Shown piece by piece: positions 36,203 to 47,246 of a stretch of 48,573 nucleotides of DNA. The first letter of the stretch is position 1; the number at the start of each line of letters is the position of its first letter. Origin of the DNA: Octopus bimaculoides (lineage: Eukaryota); contig NC_068987.1 of NCBI RefSeq assembly GCF_001194135.2, positions 3,566,481-3,615,053 on the forward strand, read 5' to 3'. Position numbers and translations under genes: made by a program. The notes beneath the pieces are model-generated. The model made no database searches. It was not told the origin of the DNA and saw only the letters and a list, made by a program, of their open reading frames with translations.

Positions 36203-36730
36203 TTAAGAATATCAAATGTAAATAATGTACATAATTCCTCATCTCTTAAATATAGAACTGTCTTATAGACAAAATGTTGCTAAGCATTTTGCCTGGCAAC
36301 GCTAACATTTCTGCCAGCTCACTACTGAGGGGTCCATGATGTTGGTTTCAACTTTTTGTACAAGGCCAGCAGGTTTGGGAGTGGGGCCAAGTCAATCAAA
36401 TTAACCCCAGTGTTCAGCTGGTATTTATTTTATCAATCCAGAAAGAATGAAAAGTAAAATGAACTTCAGCAGAATTTGAACACAGAACATAAAAGACGGA
36501 CAAAATCCTGCCAAGGATTTTGCCTGATGAACCCATGATTTTTGCCAGCTCAGCACCTTAGAGAGGCCCATAATATTATGAACCAAAATAGTAGACACAT
36601 TTTACAAGTTAGTGAGTTTAGTCTTTCAAATGGAGAAAAACTAAAAGAAATTTCTAAGTTTTTGCTTCAACTGAGACAAATCAAAAATGGTTAACAAAAA
36701 AAAACAGAAAATAATAGAATTATTCCTTAC

Positions 36731-36903
36731 ATTTTGGATAGATTATTTGCTTCTTCCATGAGTTCCTTGGCTTTGTGGGCGTTGTCTTTTTGGTTCTGGC
36801 GTGTACGTGATTTTAATTCTTCAACACGTGCTGCTTGTCTTTTCCTTTCATTATCTAATTTAGCTCCAGCAGTATCCAAGTTCCGGAATACAGTCTCCTT
36901 TTC
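36731..36903 (-). CDS. Uncharacterised coiled-coil gene exon: EKETVFRNLDTAGAKLDNERKRQAARVEELKSRTRQNQKDNAHKAKELMEEANNLSK
   Basis: ttttctaatataag / gtaagg sites. Open frame with helical E/K/R/Q-rich composition, phase 0 to 2. Confidence 0.8.
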
Positions 36904-36964
36904 CTTATATTAGAAAATATATATATTAGAAATTTTTAAAATGTAGTTGTATAAAGCCGGAAAT

Positions 36965-37345
36965 GGTCAGTGATAGTGTATGTGGAGTGGTGTGGGTGGG
37001 GATGTGGGTGGAAAGGTAGGATATGTGGGAGTGGGAGTGGAGGGTATTAATGAAGAGAGGAAGTAGGTGTCAGAGCAAGAGAGGAGAGGAGAGGTGGGTA
37101 GGAGTGAAAAGAGGAAGTAGGGTGTCAGGTGAAGAGAGGAAGGAAGTTGAGCCCATGTGGTGCAAAGGAGCAAAGAGAGAAGATTAATTCCTGTTCACGG
37201 CAAAGGCAGGAGTCCAGATGGCCCCTGTGCAAAGACAATCCGAACACAGACAGATGTTATAGTGAATGACCAGTAGAGCAGAAATGGTGCAAGACCAGCG
37301 TGTCACTGTCAAGTTTTATGTCTCGGAGGTGCTCTGTGAACACAT
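36965..37345 (-). mobile_element. Penelope-like element GIY-YIG C-terminal remnant
   Basis: HLRDIKLDSDTLVLHHFCSTGHSL*HLSVFGL...REQELIFSLCSFAPHGLN matches the PLE motifs EHLRDI....PVS.HF...GHS and EQ.LIF.L.TL.P.GLN. Confidence 0.8.
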
Positions 37346-38189
37346 GCATACATACACACATACATATACACACATATCCATATATCCATATATATATCTA
37401 TACATACACACAGCCATCCATCCATAAACACAAACACATCCATACATACAGACATACATATACACACACACATCCATCCATACATACATGCATGCTTATC
37501 TAAGTGTGACATTTTTGTTTGATTTGAAAGCCAGTTATCTACCATAGCTATATCGATGTCATATTGTCTTTCACAGATTCAGCTATGTATCTATACATAT
37601 GCATGGATGTGTGACTGTAAGCCTGAGAATTAAACACACCCATGTTTTCTGTTGGATAAACCCATTCTCCTTCTGCTTTACAAAGACGATTATTCAAGTC
37701 TTAACATGTAACAGCACTCACCCGCCTACGCACACACAGTGAATAATAATACCAATCGAATCATGTCTTGGCTTGAATCATCGTTTTCAAACACCAATAT
37801 CTGATTTGAGTAACTAATGACATAATAAAGAAGTAAATTAGGAAAACACAAGCATACTTTATTAGAAGCAATAAATCTATTCTGAAAACAGGAAAATATA
37901 AAATAATAAAACATTCTCATGGAAAGCTGAGTGTTTTTTGCATAATTTTTTGTTTATCTGCGATTTGAAATGATTGTTTAATTTCATGGTTCTCCATTGA
38001 TTCCTACCTTACTCTGGGAGACCCCCATGGCCATTTAGTGTTTTAAAATTAATCTTATAGATACTTCTTTCAAAATTCCTATTTCATTTTTCTCACATTA
38101 TCTTGTGTAGGATGAATTTGGTAAAGCGTTGGAGAAAGTAACTGGGCCTGTTTCTAGCAATAAATATCCCCAAAGTAATTTTTTTTCAT

Positions 38190-38451
38190 GGTAGATGGAC
38201 AATTCATTGACAAACAGTTGGCTGACAGACAACTTACAGACAGGACAATTTCTTTTCTGGTTCTATCAATAATATAGATGTATCCTTTGTATAGAAGCTT
38301 TCTGTCTCCTCGTTCCATTTTGATGAACTCCATGATCAATACTTCTGCATGTCAACTTATTGTCCAATAGGTGAATTGTCCAATAGGTGAATTGTCCAAT
38401 CAATAAATTATCCTGTCAACGTATTGTCTGTTGATGAATTGTCTGCACACG
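38190..38451 (-). mobile_element. Internally deleted Mutator-like (MULE) element with a FLYWCH-like N-terminal remnant
   Basis: gacaattc-repeat TIRs. 9-bp flanks ttttttcat / tttttacat (8/9). The interior encodes MEFIKMERGDRKLLYKGYIYIIDRTRK. Confidence 0.7.
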
Positions 38452-38925
38452 TTTTTACATGGACCATTAACCCTTTTGTTACCGACCCAGCTGAAACTGC
38501 CTCTGGCTCTGAGTACAAATGTCTTGTTTTCATAATTTCTCGATTAAAATTTTCCACCAAACTTTAGTCACAATTTATGTTCCTAAAGCTAGCTTAATGA
38601 TAACTAAGTTATTTTATTAAATTCTTGAGATTACAGCACAAAACTTGGCAAGAAATTCCTCAAGAGAATATTAATCTGATCATTAACATGCCTAATAAGT
38701 CCTTGCATTGAAAAATGCAAAGGGCATGTCTACTAAATATTAAATATTCACATTATACCATTTAATAAAAAATTTGAATGTATAATTTTAGATTTAAATA
38801 AATTTCAATGATTATAAGGGCGTCTATTTACTTCTGTCGTGTCTGTGTATATATACCTATAACATAGCACAAAGCACAATTTCAAAGTAGTGACACAGTA
38901 GGAAAAAGATAAATTTTGTACTTAC

Positions 38926-39101
38926 CTGTTCAATAGTAATTTGGGTGGTTGACGCAGCAGGTAGGCTACAGACACTGGATGGTCTTGAACCAGAATTCTT
39001 TTTATTCTTTTTCCTTGTTCTTCCACCATTTGCCACTCCATCTATACAGGACACTGTTGACATTCGAGATTCATTTCGTTCACTATTTGTTCGTTCAATT
39101 T
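38926..39101 (-). CDS. Uncharacterised gene exon: IERTNSERNESRMSTVSCIDGVANGGRTRKKNKKNSGSRPSSVCSLPAASTTQITIEQ
   Basis: tttcattgtag / gtaagt sites, phase 1 to 0, compatible with both neighbours. Confidence 0.8.
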
Positions 39102-39295
39102 CTACAATGAAATTATCAAAACATAAAAATGTAAAGAATTTCTAATAGAATTTGGATGGAATTTACATTTTTGATAATAAATTTTCCATTACAATAACTG
39201 CAAGAACTGTTTGTCATTGAAAGAAGAATATCTGAAGTAAGATATACAAACACATACAAAGAAATATAAACGTATTCTTTTAGTTTTTTTTTTAA

Positions 39296-39678
39296 TTCTT
39301 TTATTTGTTTCAGTCATTTGACTGTGGCCATGCTGGAGCACCACCTTTAGTCGAACAAATCGACCCCCCGGACTTATTCTTTGTAAGCCTAGTACTTATT
39401 CTTTCGGTCTCTTTTGCTGAACCACTAAGTTACGGGGACGTAAACACACCAACATCAATTGTCAAGTGATGGGGGGGGGGCAAAAGCAGTCATACACACA
39501 CACAACATATATATATGACAGGCTTCTTTAAGTTTCTGTCTACCAAATCCACTGACAGGGCTTTGGTCGGCCCGAGGCTATAGCAAAAGACACTTACCTA
39601 AGGTGCCACACAGTGGGACTGAACCTGGAACCATGTGATTAGTAAGCAAGCTTCTTAGCACACAGTCACGCTGCACCT
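39296..39678 (-). mobile_element. Near full-length tRNA-derived SINE family A; about 20 further full or partial copies in the window (e.g. 226-318, 15125-15250, 35140-35470, 41807-42148)
   Basis: Head gtggctgtgtggtaagaagcttg..ggttcagtcccactg, central (CA)n, tail cagcatggccacagtcaaatgactgaaac. Confidence 0.9.
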
Positions 39679-39754
39679 ATAGCTTCTTACTACACAGCCA
39701 TATAAAGAAGATGGAAGTGATCCACCAACCTTGTTCTATTCCTAAGCAAATTCA

Positions 39755-40445
39755 AGGTGTCAAACAAGCTTCCAGATCACATTTTCCCTGACATTCCTGT
39801 ACAGGTTGATGGGAAAAACCTAAAATATTTGAAGTCATTTACATCTCTTGGTCGCAAAGTGAATCCAAGTGCTTCCCTTAATGATGAAATTGTGCAGCCT
39901 CTTGTGAGAACAACCAACGCATTTGGCAAACTCCGTCATCACCTATGGAACGAAAAGGGTATCAAACACCAATTTGCAGGTCTATAAAGCTGCCATTCTT
40001 ACTACACTCTTGTATGGCTTGGAATCGTGGACACCCTACAGGTAGCACATTAACGAACTAGATGTCTTCCACAGAGGCTATCTCAAGACAATCTGTGGTT
40101 ATTCACTAAAAGGCAGAGGGTCAAATGTGGACCTGTTTAGCAAGTATAAGATTGGTGGAACCAAAGGCTTCCGTATGCAGTCACAATTGTGCTGGGTTGG
40201 TCATGTCATCAAAATGAATGACGAAAGAATATTGGAAATCTTCTTGTACAGCCAGCTTGATAGTGGGCACAGGAATGTTGGTCAACCATGGCTCAGATAT
40301 AAGAAACCTTTTTACATACACATGCTCAGAGTGAAAGGTAGATTGTACAATGCATGTGTGCGAATGGCCATGCTACATGGCAGTAAAACATGGGCCATGA
40401 CTGCTGAAGACATGCATAGGCTTGAAAGAAATGAAGCTAGCACGA
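39755..40445 (+). mobile_element. RTE LINE RT C-terminal fragment, apparently chimeric between two RTE families
   Basis: KYLKSFTSLG...LNDEIV...AFGKLRHHLWNEKGI, TLLYGLESWT, QLCWVGHVIKMNDERI..IFLYSQL, then an abrupt switch to LRVKGRLYNACVRMAMLHGSKTW. Confidence 0.85.
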
Positions 40446-42560
40446 TCTATAATTTGCATAGCGAAAGTGTTTGACACTATATATTTGATATTCTTTTATT
40501 ATTTTACTTGTTTCAGTCATTTGACTGCAGCCATGCTGGAGCACTGCCTTAGAGGGTTTTAGTTAGAGAAATGAACCACAGGAGTTATTCTTTGTAAGCC
40601 TACTGCTTATTCTATCCCTCTCTTTTGCTGAACCACTAAGGTTCAGGGACATAAACANNNNNNNNNNNNNNNNNNNNNNNNNNNNNNNNNNNNNNNNNNN
40701 NNNNNNNNNNNNNNNNNNNNNNNNNNNNNNNNNNNNNNNNNNNNNNNNNNNNNNNNNNNNNNNNNNNNNNNNNNNNNNNNNNNNNNNNNNNNNNNNNNNN
40801 NNNNNNNNNNNNNNNNNNNNNNNNNNNNNNNNNNNNNNNNNNNNNNNNNNNNNNNNNNNNNNNNNNNNNNNNATATATATATATCTTTAATTGTGAATTA
40901 AGGCTACCATTGGTTTCATGTTAAGAAAAGTAGGAAAATATCCTAGTGTCTTAACACTTTTTCAAGCTAATCACATGGAGAAAAGTGTTTGCCTCCATTT
41001 TGGAAAACACTCTCCTGTTTTCCAAAATGGAGGCTTACAAGGAATAAGTCCTGGGGTCGATTTGAAACAAGTAAAAGAATAAAAGAATATATATAGATAC
41101 ACAGCTATTGTTGGATCACATTATCAATGCAATAATGCATACAATATATGAAACACTCAGCAATTACTAGCTGACACTAATGCACAGAAACAATTGTAGT
41201 GATTTGTGATTAAAGCCTGTTAATTTCATCTCCTTGTTTTATAATTCTATCACCTGGATTCTGCAGATATTAATGGCTTTTTACATATCTTAAATGAAAG
41301 ATGTTAACCGGCCCAAAATAAATAAATAAATCTTTCAGGTAATCTTTTGAGATATATGTTATTTTTTATGGCGCTTAATGTCTGTTTGATGTCTTTCTCA
41401 TCATCATCACGCTTCACTTGCTTTTAAGTTTAACTTATATTTTATGCTTTGACCTCTTTCACCTGTCTTTTTATATGACTTCAATTTACTGGTTTTTGCT
41501 TTCCAAATGTCAAGCTGTTTCACTTGTTACTCAAATATACTTCCTTCTTGAGTAATATTATCCAGTTTAGCTGCAGTTTCTTGCAAAACCTTAAACTTCC
41601 TCTAGATTCTTTCTCTCTTGTGATTCAACTGTTGGTGATTCCAATCAGCATTTATGAATTAATTACCACCTTTTTTAAAAACACATTGGTTTATATAAAT
41701 TTATGAATTTCACACAACCTTTGCTTAACATGCACAAAACATCTCGTTAATCCGAATCAGCATTTTATAGGATACGAAATGACATATCACATGTCTGTCT
41801 TATAAAGTGGCTGTGTGGTAAGAAGCTTGTTTTCCACCAAATGGTTCCAGGTTCAGTCCAACTGTGTGGTACCTTGTCTTCTATTATAGCCTCGGGCTGA
41901 CCAAAGTCTTGTGAATTGATTTGGGAGATAGAAACAGAAAGAAGCCTATCGTGTGTGTGTGTGTGTGTGTGTGTGTGTCTTTGTGTTTGTACCCCTGTCA
42001 CCATTTGACAACCAGTGTTGGTGTGTTTACATCCCCATAATTTAGGAACTCAGCAAGAGTGTTCAATAGAATAAGTTTTAGGTTTGAGACATAAGGCCTA
42101 GGGTCGATTTGTTCAACTAAAACCCTTCAAGGCGGTGCTCTAGTAGCCATAGGAGTCTCATTAATCAGAAATCATTCTGTGGAGAAGTGAAGTGAGACAT
42201 TGTGACTAGAAGAGAGGGGAAGTGATGCCACATCAAGAAGCAGAAAATTTGAACAGCTTCTTTATTCATCAGGATGTCAAGAGGCAATGATGTGTGGAAG
42301 GGATCTCTGAAAGAGAATGGTTTCTGGCCAGAGGTCAGGATAGTGTACACATGTGCGTTTGACCAAAGAGTTCGGCTGGTCCTTGTGGATCGAAGCTGGA
42401 TACCCTGTTCTGATTTCATTTCAAGATAAAAGTCTTCTTACTTTTGCCTTTCCTTCTACACATTATGAAACAAAATGTATGAAAATGACTGATCAAATTA
42501 AATATTTATTAGAAAATTGCTATTTGTAAATCTCATAACGAGAGATATTCAGCAACAGTA

Positions 42561-42985
42561 TTTTGGAGTAAAGATTATTTGCCAACATAACATGGCAGTC
42601 CTGGTTTAGGACTAATGTTGCTGTAATTTAGCCCCAGGAGACATCATCTCCAGCTGGCTGTACAACATGATTTGTGTCCTTATATTTTCAAACAAGTGAC
42701 TAGTTGTCACTTTGAAAACTATATATTTCAAACGGGAATTTGGCAGCGCCACCTCTAGCCGAACAATTATTCTGTGCTGATGAAGGGAAATAACCCAGAA
42801 ATCACAATACACAGATATTGTTTTGAGCTGAGTGGGGGTGCTAGATTCCCTTGTTCGAAGATATAAGGACACAGATTGTGTCGTATAGCCAGCTGGAGAC
42901 AATGTCTCCTGGGGCTATATTACAGCAACATTCGTCCTAAACCAGGACTGCCATGTTATTTAGGCAAACAATCTTTATTCTAAAT
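42561..42985. mobile_element. Fold-back element (~135-190 bp inverted arms) with a hammerhead motif in the loop
   Basis: 42561-42696 is the reverse complement of about 42851-42985 (aacatggcagtcctggtttaggac..aatgttgctgtaa..tagccccaggagaca). The loop contains ctgtg-CTGATGA-aggg(aaataa)ccca-GAAA-tcacaaTA-cacag. Confidence 0.8.
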
Positions 42986-43047
42986 ATTTATTGATTGATA
43001 ATTTTGCTGATTAGATTTAAGTTTAGAAAATGAAGCTGTCAACTTAC

Positions 43048-43198
43048 TGAGTTGATGGAGCGTCTCCTTGAAGGCTTTTTGCTCCTTCTGGATGGACGAT
43101 GCCATATCATGGATTTCATTTCGACTCTGATCTAAAATCCCCATCATGTCATTGGATTCTTCTTCACATATTTTATGTAAAACATCTATGAAAGTTTT
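43048..43198 (-). CDS. Uncharacterised coiled-coil gene exon: KTFIDVLHKICEEESNDMMGILDQSRNEIHDMASSIQKEQKAFKETLHQL
   Basis: Strong cttttctgtcttccag acceptor and gtaagt donor. Heptad-like composition, phase 0 to 1. Confidence 0.82.
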
Positions 43199-43969
43199 CT
43201 GGAAGACAGAAAAGTTTGAAAACATGAAATTTAATCAATAATTATTTCTTTATTGCCCACAGGGAGCTAAGCATGGAAGGGACAAACAAGGACAGACAAA
43301 GGGATTAAGTCAATTACATTAACCCCAGTGCATAACTGGTACTTAATTTATCGACCCCGAAAGGATGAAAGGCACACGCACACACACACACACAAAGGCT
43401 TCTTTCAGTTTCCGTCATCTACCAAATTCACTTATAAGGCTTTGGTCAGCCCGAGGCTATAGTAGAAGACACTTGCCAAAGGTACCACGCAGTGGGACTG
43501 TTGCATTAAGTAGCTTTACCTGTGGCAGGTGGCATTGCTAATGCAGATCAAGTGCAGGCCATGTAGCCCACATGAGAGCCCACCAGAGATGATTTCTGAA
43601 CAAGAACAGTGGACATTGACCTTTGAGAGGAGGAGGAGGAGGAGATATTAGTGTGTTTGTTTTCTAAATCCTAAATTGTTACATTTTTAATTGCTTGTGC
43701 TGTCTCAGCTCACTTGTCACCAATGACAGCATTTTTAGAATTTGAAAGAGGAGAAAAGGTAAACTGAAGCATTAAACTAGAAAACTGATGCGTCCCCCCA
43801 AGCAGGATATCATTTTACAAGTTGAGAAGATATCTTGTCAACATCAGCTGAACTGTAGACACGAGAAGACTGCAGGATTGCAATGATGCATGAATGAGGG
43901 TGGTTTTCAGTTTTCAGGTACAGCCTACAACTCACTGAATAATCAGTGAATCGACTAACACTATCGTTG

Positions 43970-44050
43970 TCATTATCATCATCATCACCACCAAACTCAT
44001 CATCATTATTGTCACTGCCATCATCATCATAATTGTCATCACCATCATAG

Positions 44051-44081
<31 letters not shown>

Positions 44082-44192
44082 CATCATCATTGTCATTGCC
44101 ATCATCATCATCATTGTCATCACCATCATCATCATCATCATCAACAACATCATCATCATTGTCATTGTCGTCATCATTGTCATCATCATCAT
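43970..44192. repeat. Compound (CAT/GAT)n microsatellite
   Basis: Imperfect catcatcat/tgtcat tract. It produces the poly-D and poly-M pseudo-ORFs. Confidence 0.95.
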
Positions 44193-44638
44193 TTAATGTT
44201 GGCTTTTCATGCTGGCGTGAGTCGGGTGATTTGTACAAATAGTATTAAATAAGAATGGAAGATGCAAATGGGTATTAAGAATTATAATTAATAACTGTTA
44301 CTTTTAAAAAATTGGGTAAAAATTGTATGAGAAGAAAAAAATAAGAAAAATATAGAGGAGATAGAATGGGAGATGTAATTTTCTATTTAAACAAGGATAA
44401 CAAGTATAGCATAATAATTAATTCCAAATCTATAAGAGTTGGTCATTCCTTATCAATGAATCTTAGGATGTATTTCAGTTCATGGGGGCAAGTATAGAAA
44501 TCTCTGTTTTTAGAGTTCAGAATAATATCTTGCAAAAGAGAATTCGTTAGGATCAACATATTCCCCACTAAACATCTCTTGCTGCTGTTAAAATAGGCCC
44601 AGCATTTCAATCAGTCTCCCACTGATATTTCACATGAC

Positions 44639-44692
44639 CTTTTCTTGCAAAAGCTTTAAACGTCTGGTTACTGTAGTGACATATTGCCTCTG
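44639..44692 (-). CDS. Candidate exon of the uncharacterised gene: QRQYVTTVTRRLKLLQEK
   Basis: tcttctttcaatattcag(cag) NAGNAG acceptor and a weak AAG|gtcatg donor. Phase 0/0, bounded by in-frame stops on both sides. Confidence 0.5.
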
Positions 44693-46318
44693 CTGAATAT
44701 TGAAAGAAGATCTTTACACTTTGTTCATGCCTCCAAAATCCTTGGTTACAGCTCCCACAATGTATACAATGCGGTCTCTGCGTCATGTTGGCTGGGTAAT
44801 TAAGCATACATCGTTACCTCTGTGTGAGCTGCCTGCCACTGCAGTAGGGTTGAGACCCTTGAGCTAGTTTTCCACCACATTTCTTAAAAATCATGGTAGA
44901 GGCCTTGGTCTCAGGACCACTCCGGTCTACAAACTGAGGTTGGGGGTAAGCAAGGGCATGCTTCCCATAAAAAATCCAGCTCCAAAAAAGCCTAATGATA
45001 GCAAGGAAGAATGGGCACCGGCTAGCCCGAAGGCTGGGGTGGGTTGCACCTGCTTGCCTCAGTTGCTTTGGCATTGAGGTAGATCCGGTCACCCTGTTAA
45101 CGGGGACAAAGCCCGGATTTAAAACACTGGATGATGATGATGATGAGCAAATGTAAATTGGGTTGTCAGGTTAAATCATTTATTTTTTTCCATTCATTTT
45201 AATTCTTTCCCTGGGTATTTTCCCAACTATTCACTTTTTAAGCTATCACATCATCTTTAATCCCTAAAGCTACCCCATCTTTAATCCCTAAAAACTTAAT
45301 CCTCTCTAGTTATTCTAAGATTTGATAGTAGTTATTATTTTATGCTGAGCTGGTAAGGAGTAATAAGACTGAAACATGACCATAATTTGATAGTAACTAT
45401 TATCTTATGCTGGTAAGGTGTAATAAGACTGAAACATGAGCATAATTGTCATCAATGCTGTCAAAGACAAGGGCCAACCAAAAATTTGTGAGTAGATTTC
45501 ATAGATGGAAACTGAAAGAAACCTGTTGTATTTGTGTGTGTATGTGTGTGCATCTTTGTGTGTGTACATCTTTGTATGTGTTTTCCCCCACTACTGCTTA
45601 GCAAATGGTGTTGCTTTGTTTACACCCCTGTAACTTAACAGTTTGGTAAAAGAGACCAATAGAATAAGTACCAGGCCTTAAAAAAAAAGAACTGGGTTCA
45701 ATTTCTTTGACTAGTCCCTTCAAGGCAGTGCCCCAGCATGGCCACAGTCGAATGACTGAAACCAGAAAGAGATAAAAGATTTTTAAAAAATTGGACTACA
45801 GAGTGCCAAAGTAGTAAAAAACAAACAAATTTATCTGAGAACCTAACAGAAGTAAGCATCTACAGCAAATAAATGGTGAAAAGCACAAAAGTTCTGTTGC
45901 AAGTCTAGAACATTCTCATTTGCAGTAAAGCAGATGTTTGACAAGGTATCCTTTGAAGTTGTAAAATAATACTGCGTTTGATCTGAGTGTGTGTGTGAGA
46001 GAAAGGTGGGACGTTAGTTTATATTTTGAGGTATAAAAACATAAGCAATCAATATAACAAGGAGCTATGTGTGCTTCATATCAAATACGTATTTATAAGT
46101 AAAACAAACAAGATTCTGTGTCACCATCTGCATATTTATGTAACCAGCTAATTAGAGAACTGAGCGCAACAGCTACAGAATCGGATGTTGGGCTCAGATG
46201 ATGCATTTACATATCAAATTATATATTTAAGCATACACAGTCCTAATATTAGAATTAATCAAACTAGTAACATTATATTTACGAATGAAACATTACTTAA
46301 TATTTAAATCTACCTTAC

Positions 46319-46386
46319 ATTTGAATCCCTTTGAGCTCTGACCAACATCAGGTATCTTATATCAGGATGTGTACATTGTACCAAAC
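46319..46386 (-). CDS. Candidate upstream exon: LVQCTHPDIRYLMLVRAQRDSN
   Basis: Good donor AAT|gtaagg in phase 0. The acceptor is weak, and translation could start at the internal ATG. Confidence 0.35.
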
Positions 46387-46511
46387 CTGATTATTTATGT
46401 ATCATTAATGTTATATTTTGAAGTTATTCATATTTTCCTGTCAACAAAGACAGGAGAATGTAAATAATCTCTGTGAGCAGTCACTTACTACAAATTAGAT
46501 TATCAACATGG

Positions 46512-46518
<7 letters not shown>

Positions 46519-46592
<74 letters not shown>
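46519..46592. repeat. (TA)n microsatellite; others at about 15087-15117 and 31824-31852
   Basis: Direct reading. Confidence 0.97.
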
Positions 46593-46598
<6 letters not shown>

Positions 46599-46740
46599 CT
46601 GGTCAATAAGTATCCAAACTGTTGCCATAGTAATTAAGCTAAAGCACACAGAGTGAAGCCACTTGGCACAGATTGACCTTGAAGTCTGCTGTGCACACGC
46701 ATAAATTTTAGCATTCTAGCTCACTTCTGCTCTTTACAGG
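46591..46740 (+). mobile_element. Mariner-like 5' terminal fragment adjoining the (TA)n tract
   Basis: ta-aggtctggtcaataagtatccaaac resembles mariner TIRs (..GGTCTG.TCAA.AAGTATCC..AC). TA is the mariner target. Confidence 0.5.
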
Positions 46741-46807
46741 AAAAAAGGAAAAAATTCCATGACTTATATGTCTGTCAATTCATTAACAAATATCTAAGTT
46801 ATGCAAT

Positions 46808-46948
46808 GAGTCTAGGACAATAACCCCCACAAAGGGCCACAGATGATGATTTAAATCTTCTTAATATATTGGAGAGGGGGTAATTAACCAAGTGGGGTAA
46901 TTGTCCTAGGGCATAGTTGTCCTATGAGAGGTTAATTGTCCTGATATG
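46808..46948. mobile_element. MITE with GGACAATTACCCC-repeat TIRs, copy 2 (opposite orientation to copy 1)
   Basis: Perfect 8-bp TSD tatgcaat at 46800-46807 and 46949-46956. Confidence 0.8.
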
Positions 46949-47246
46949 TATGCAATACTGTACAAAAGACTATATCATATTTGCTCAGAAGTTGGACCCT
47001 TAATTTAGTGTTAAATCTTGGTACAAACTTTTTTCCATCATAGTTTTAACTTTGACCCATGGATAAGCTGCATCCAAGTTTTTTTTCAGTGAAAATTAAA
47101 AACAGAATTGTGTGACTTGTACATGAGGAAATATGGCCCCGATTGCTGTAGAATGGACAATGCATACCTCATTACTTCTATGCTTCCTCTAACCCTAATT
47201 ACATTAACCCTAATTACATTAACACTAATTACATTAACACTAATTA

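Noticed and set aside
42743-42758. CTCF-like gcagcgccacctctag
   Set aside because: Only the AGGTGGCGC half matches and it lies within a repeat. It cannot be supported without ChIP data.
43810-44238. 142-aa Asp-rich ORF and the overlapping poly-Met ORF
   Set aside because: They are translations of a (GAT/CAT)n microsatellite, with no splice or homology support.
44607-44807. 66-aa ORF containing CIHCGSC
   Set aside because: There is no full zinc-finger pattern. A different frame within it gives the better exon candidate (44692-44639).
45091-45130. Twister-like string gggacaaagcccggat; similar ccggttcccaaagcc at about 26272
   Set aside because: The pseudoknot partners and the P1/L1 UAA arrangement are missing.
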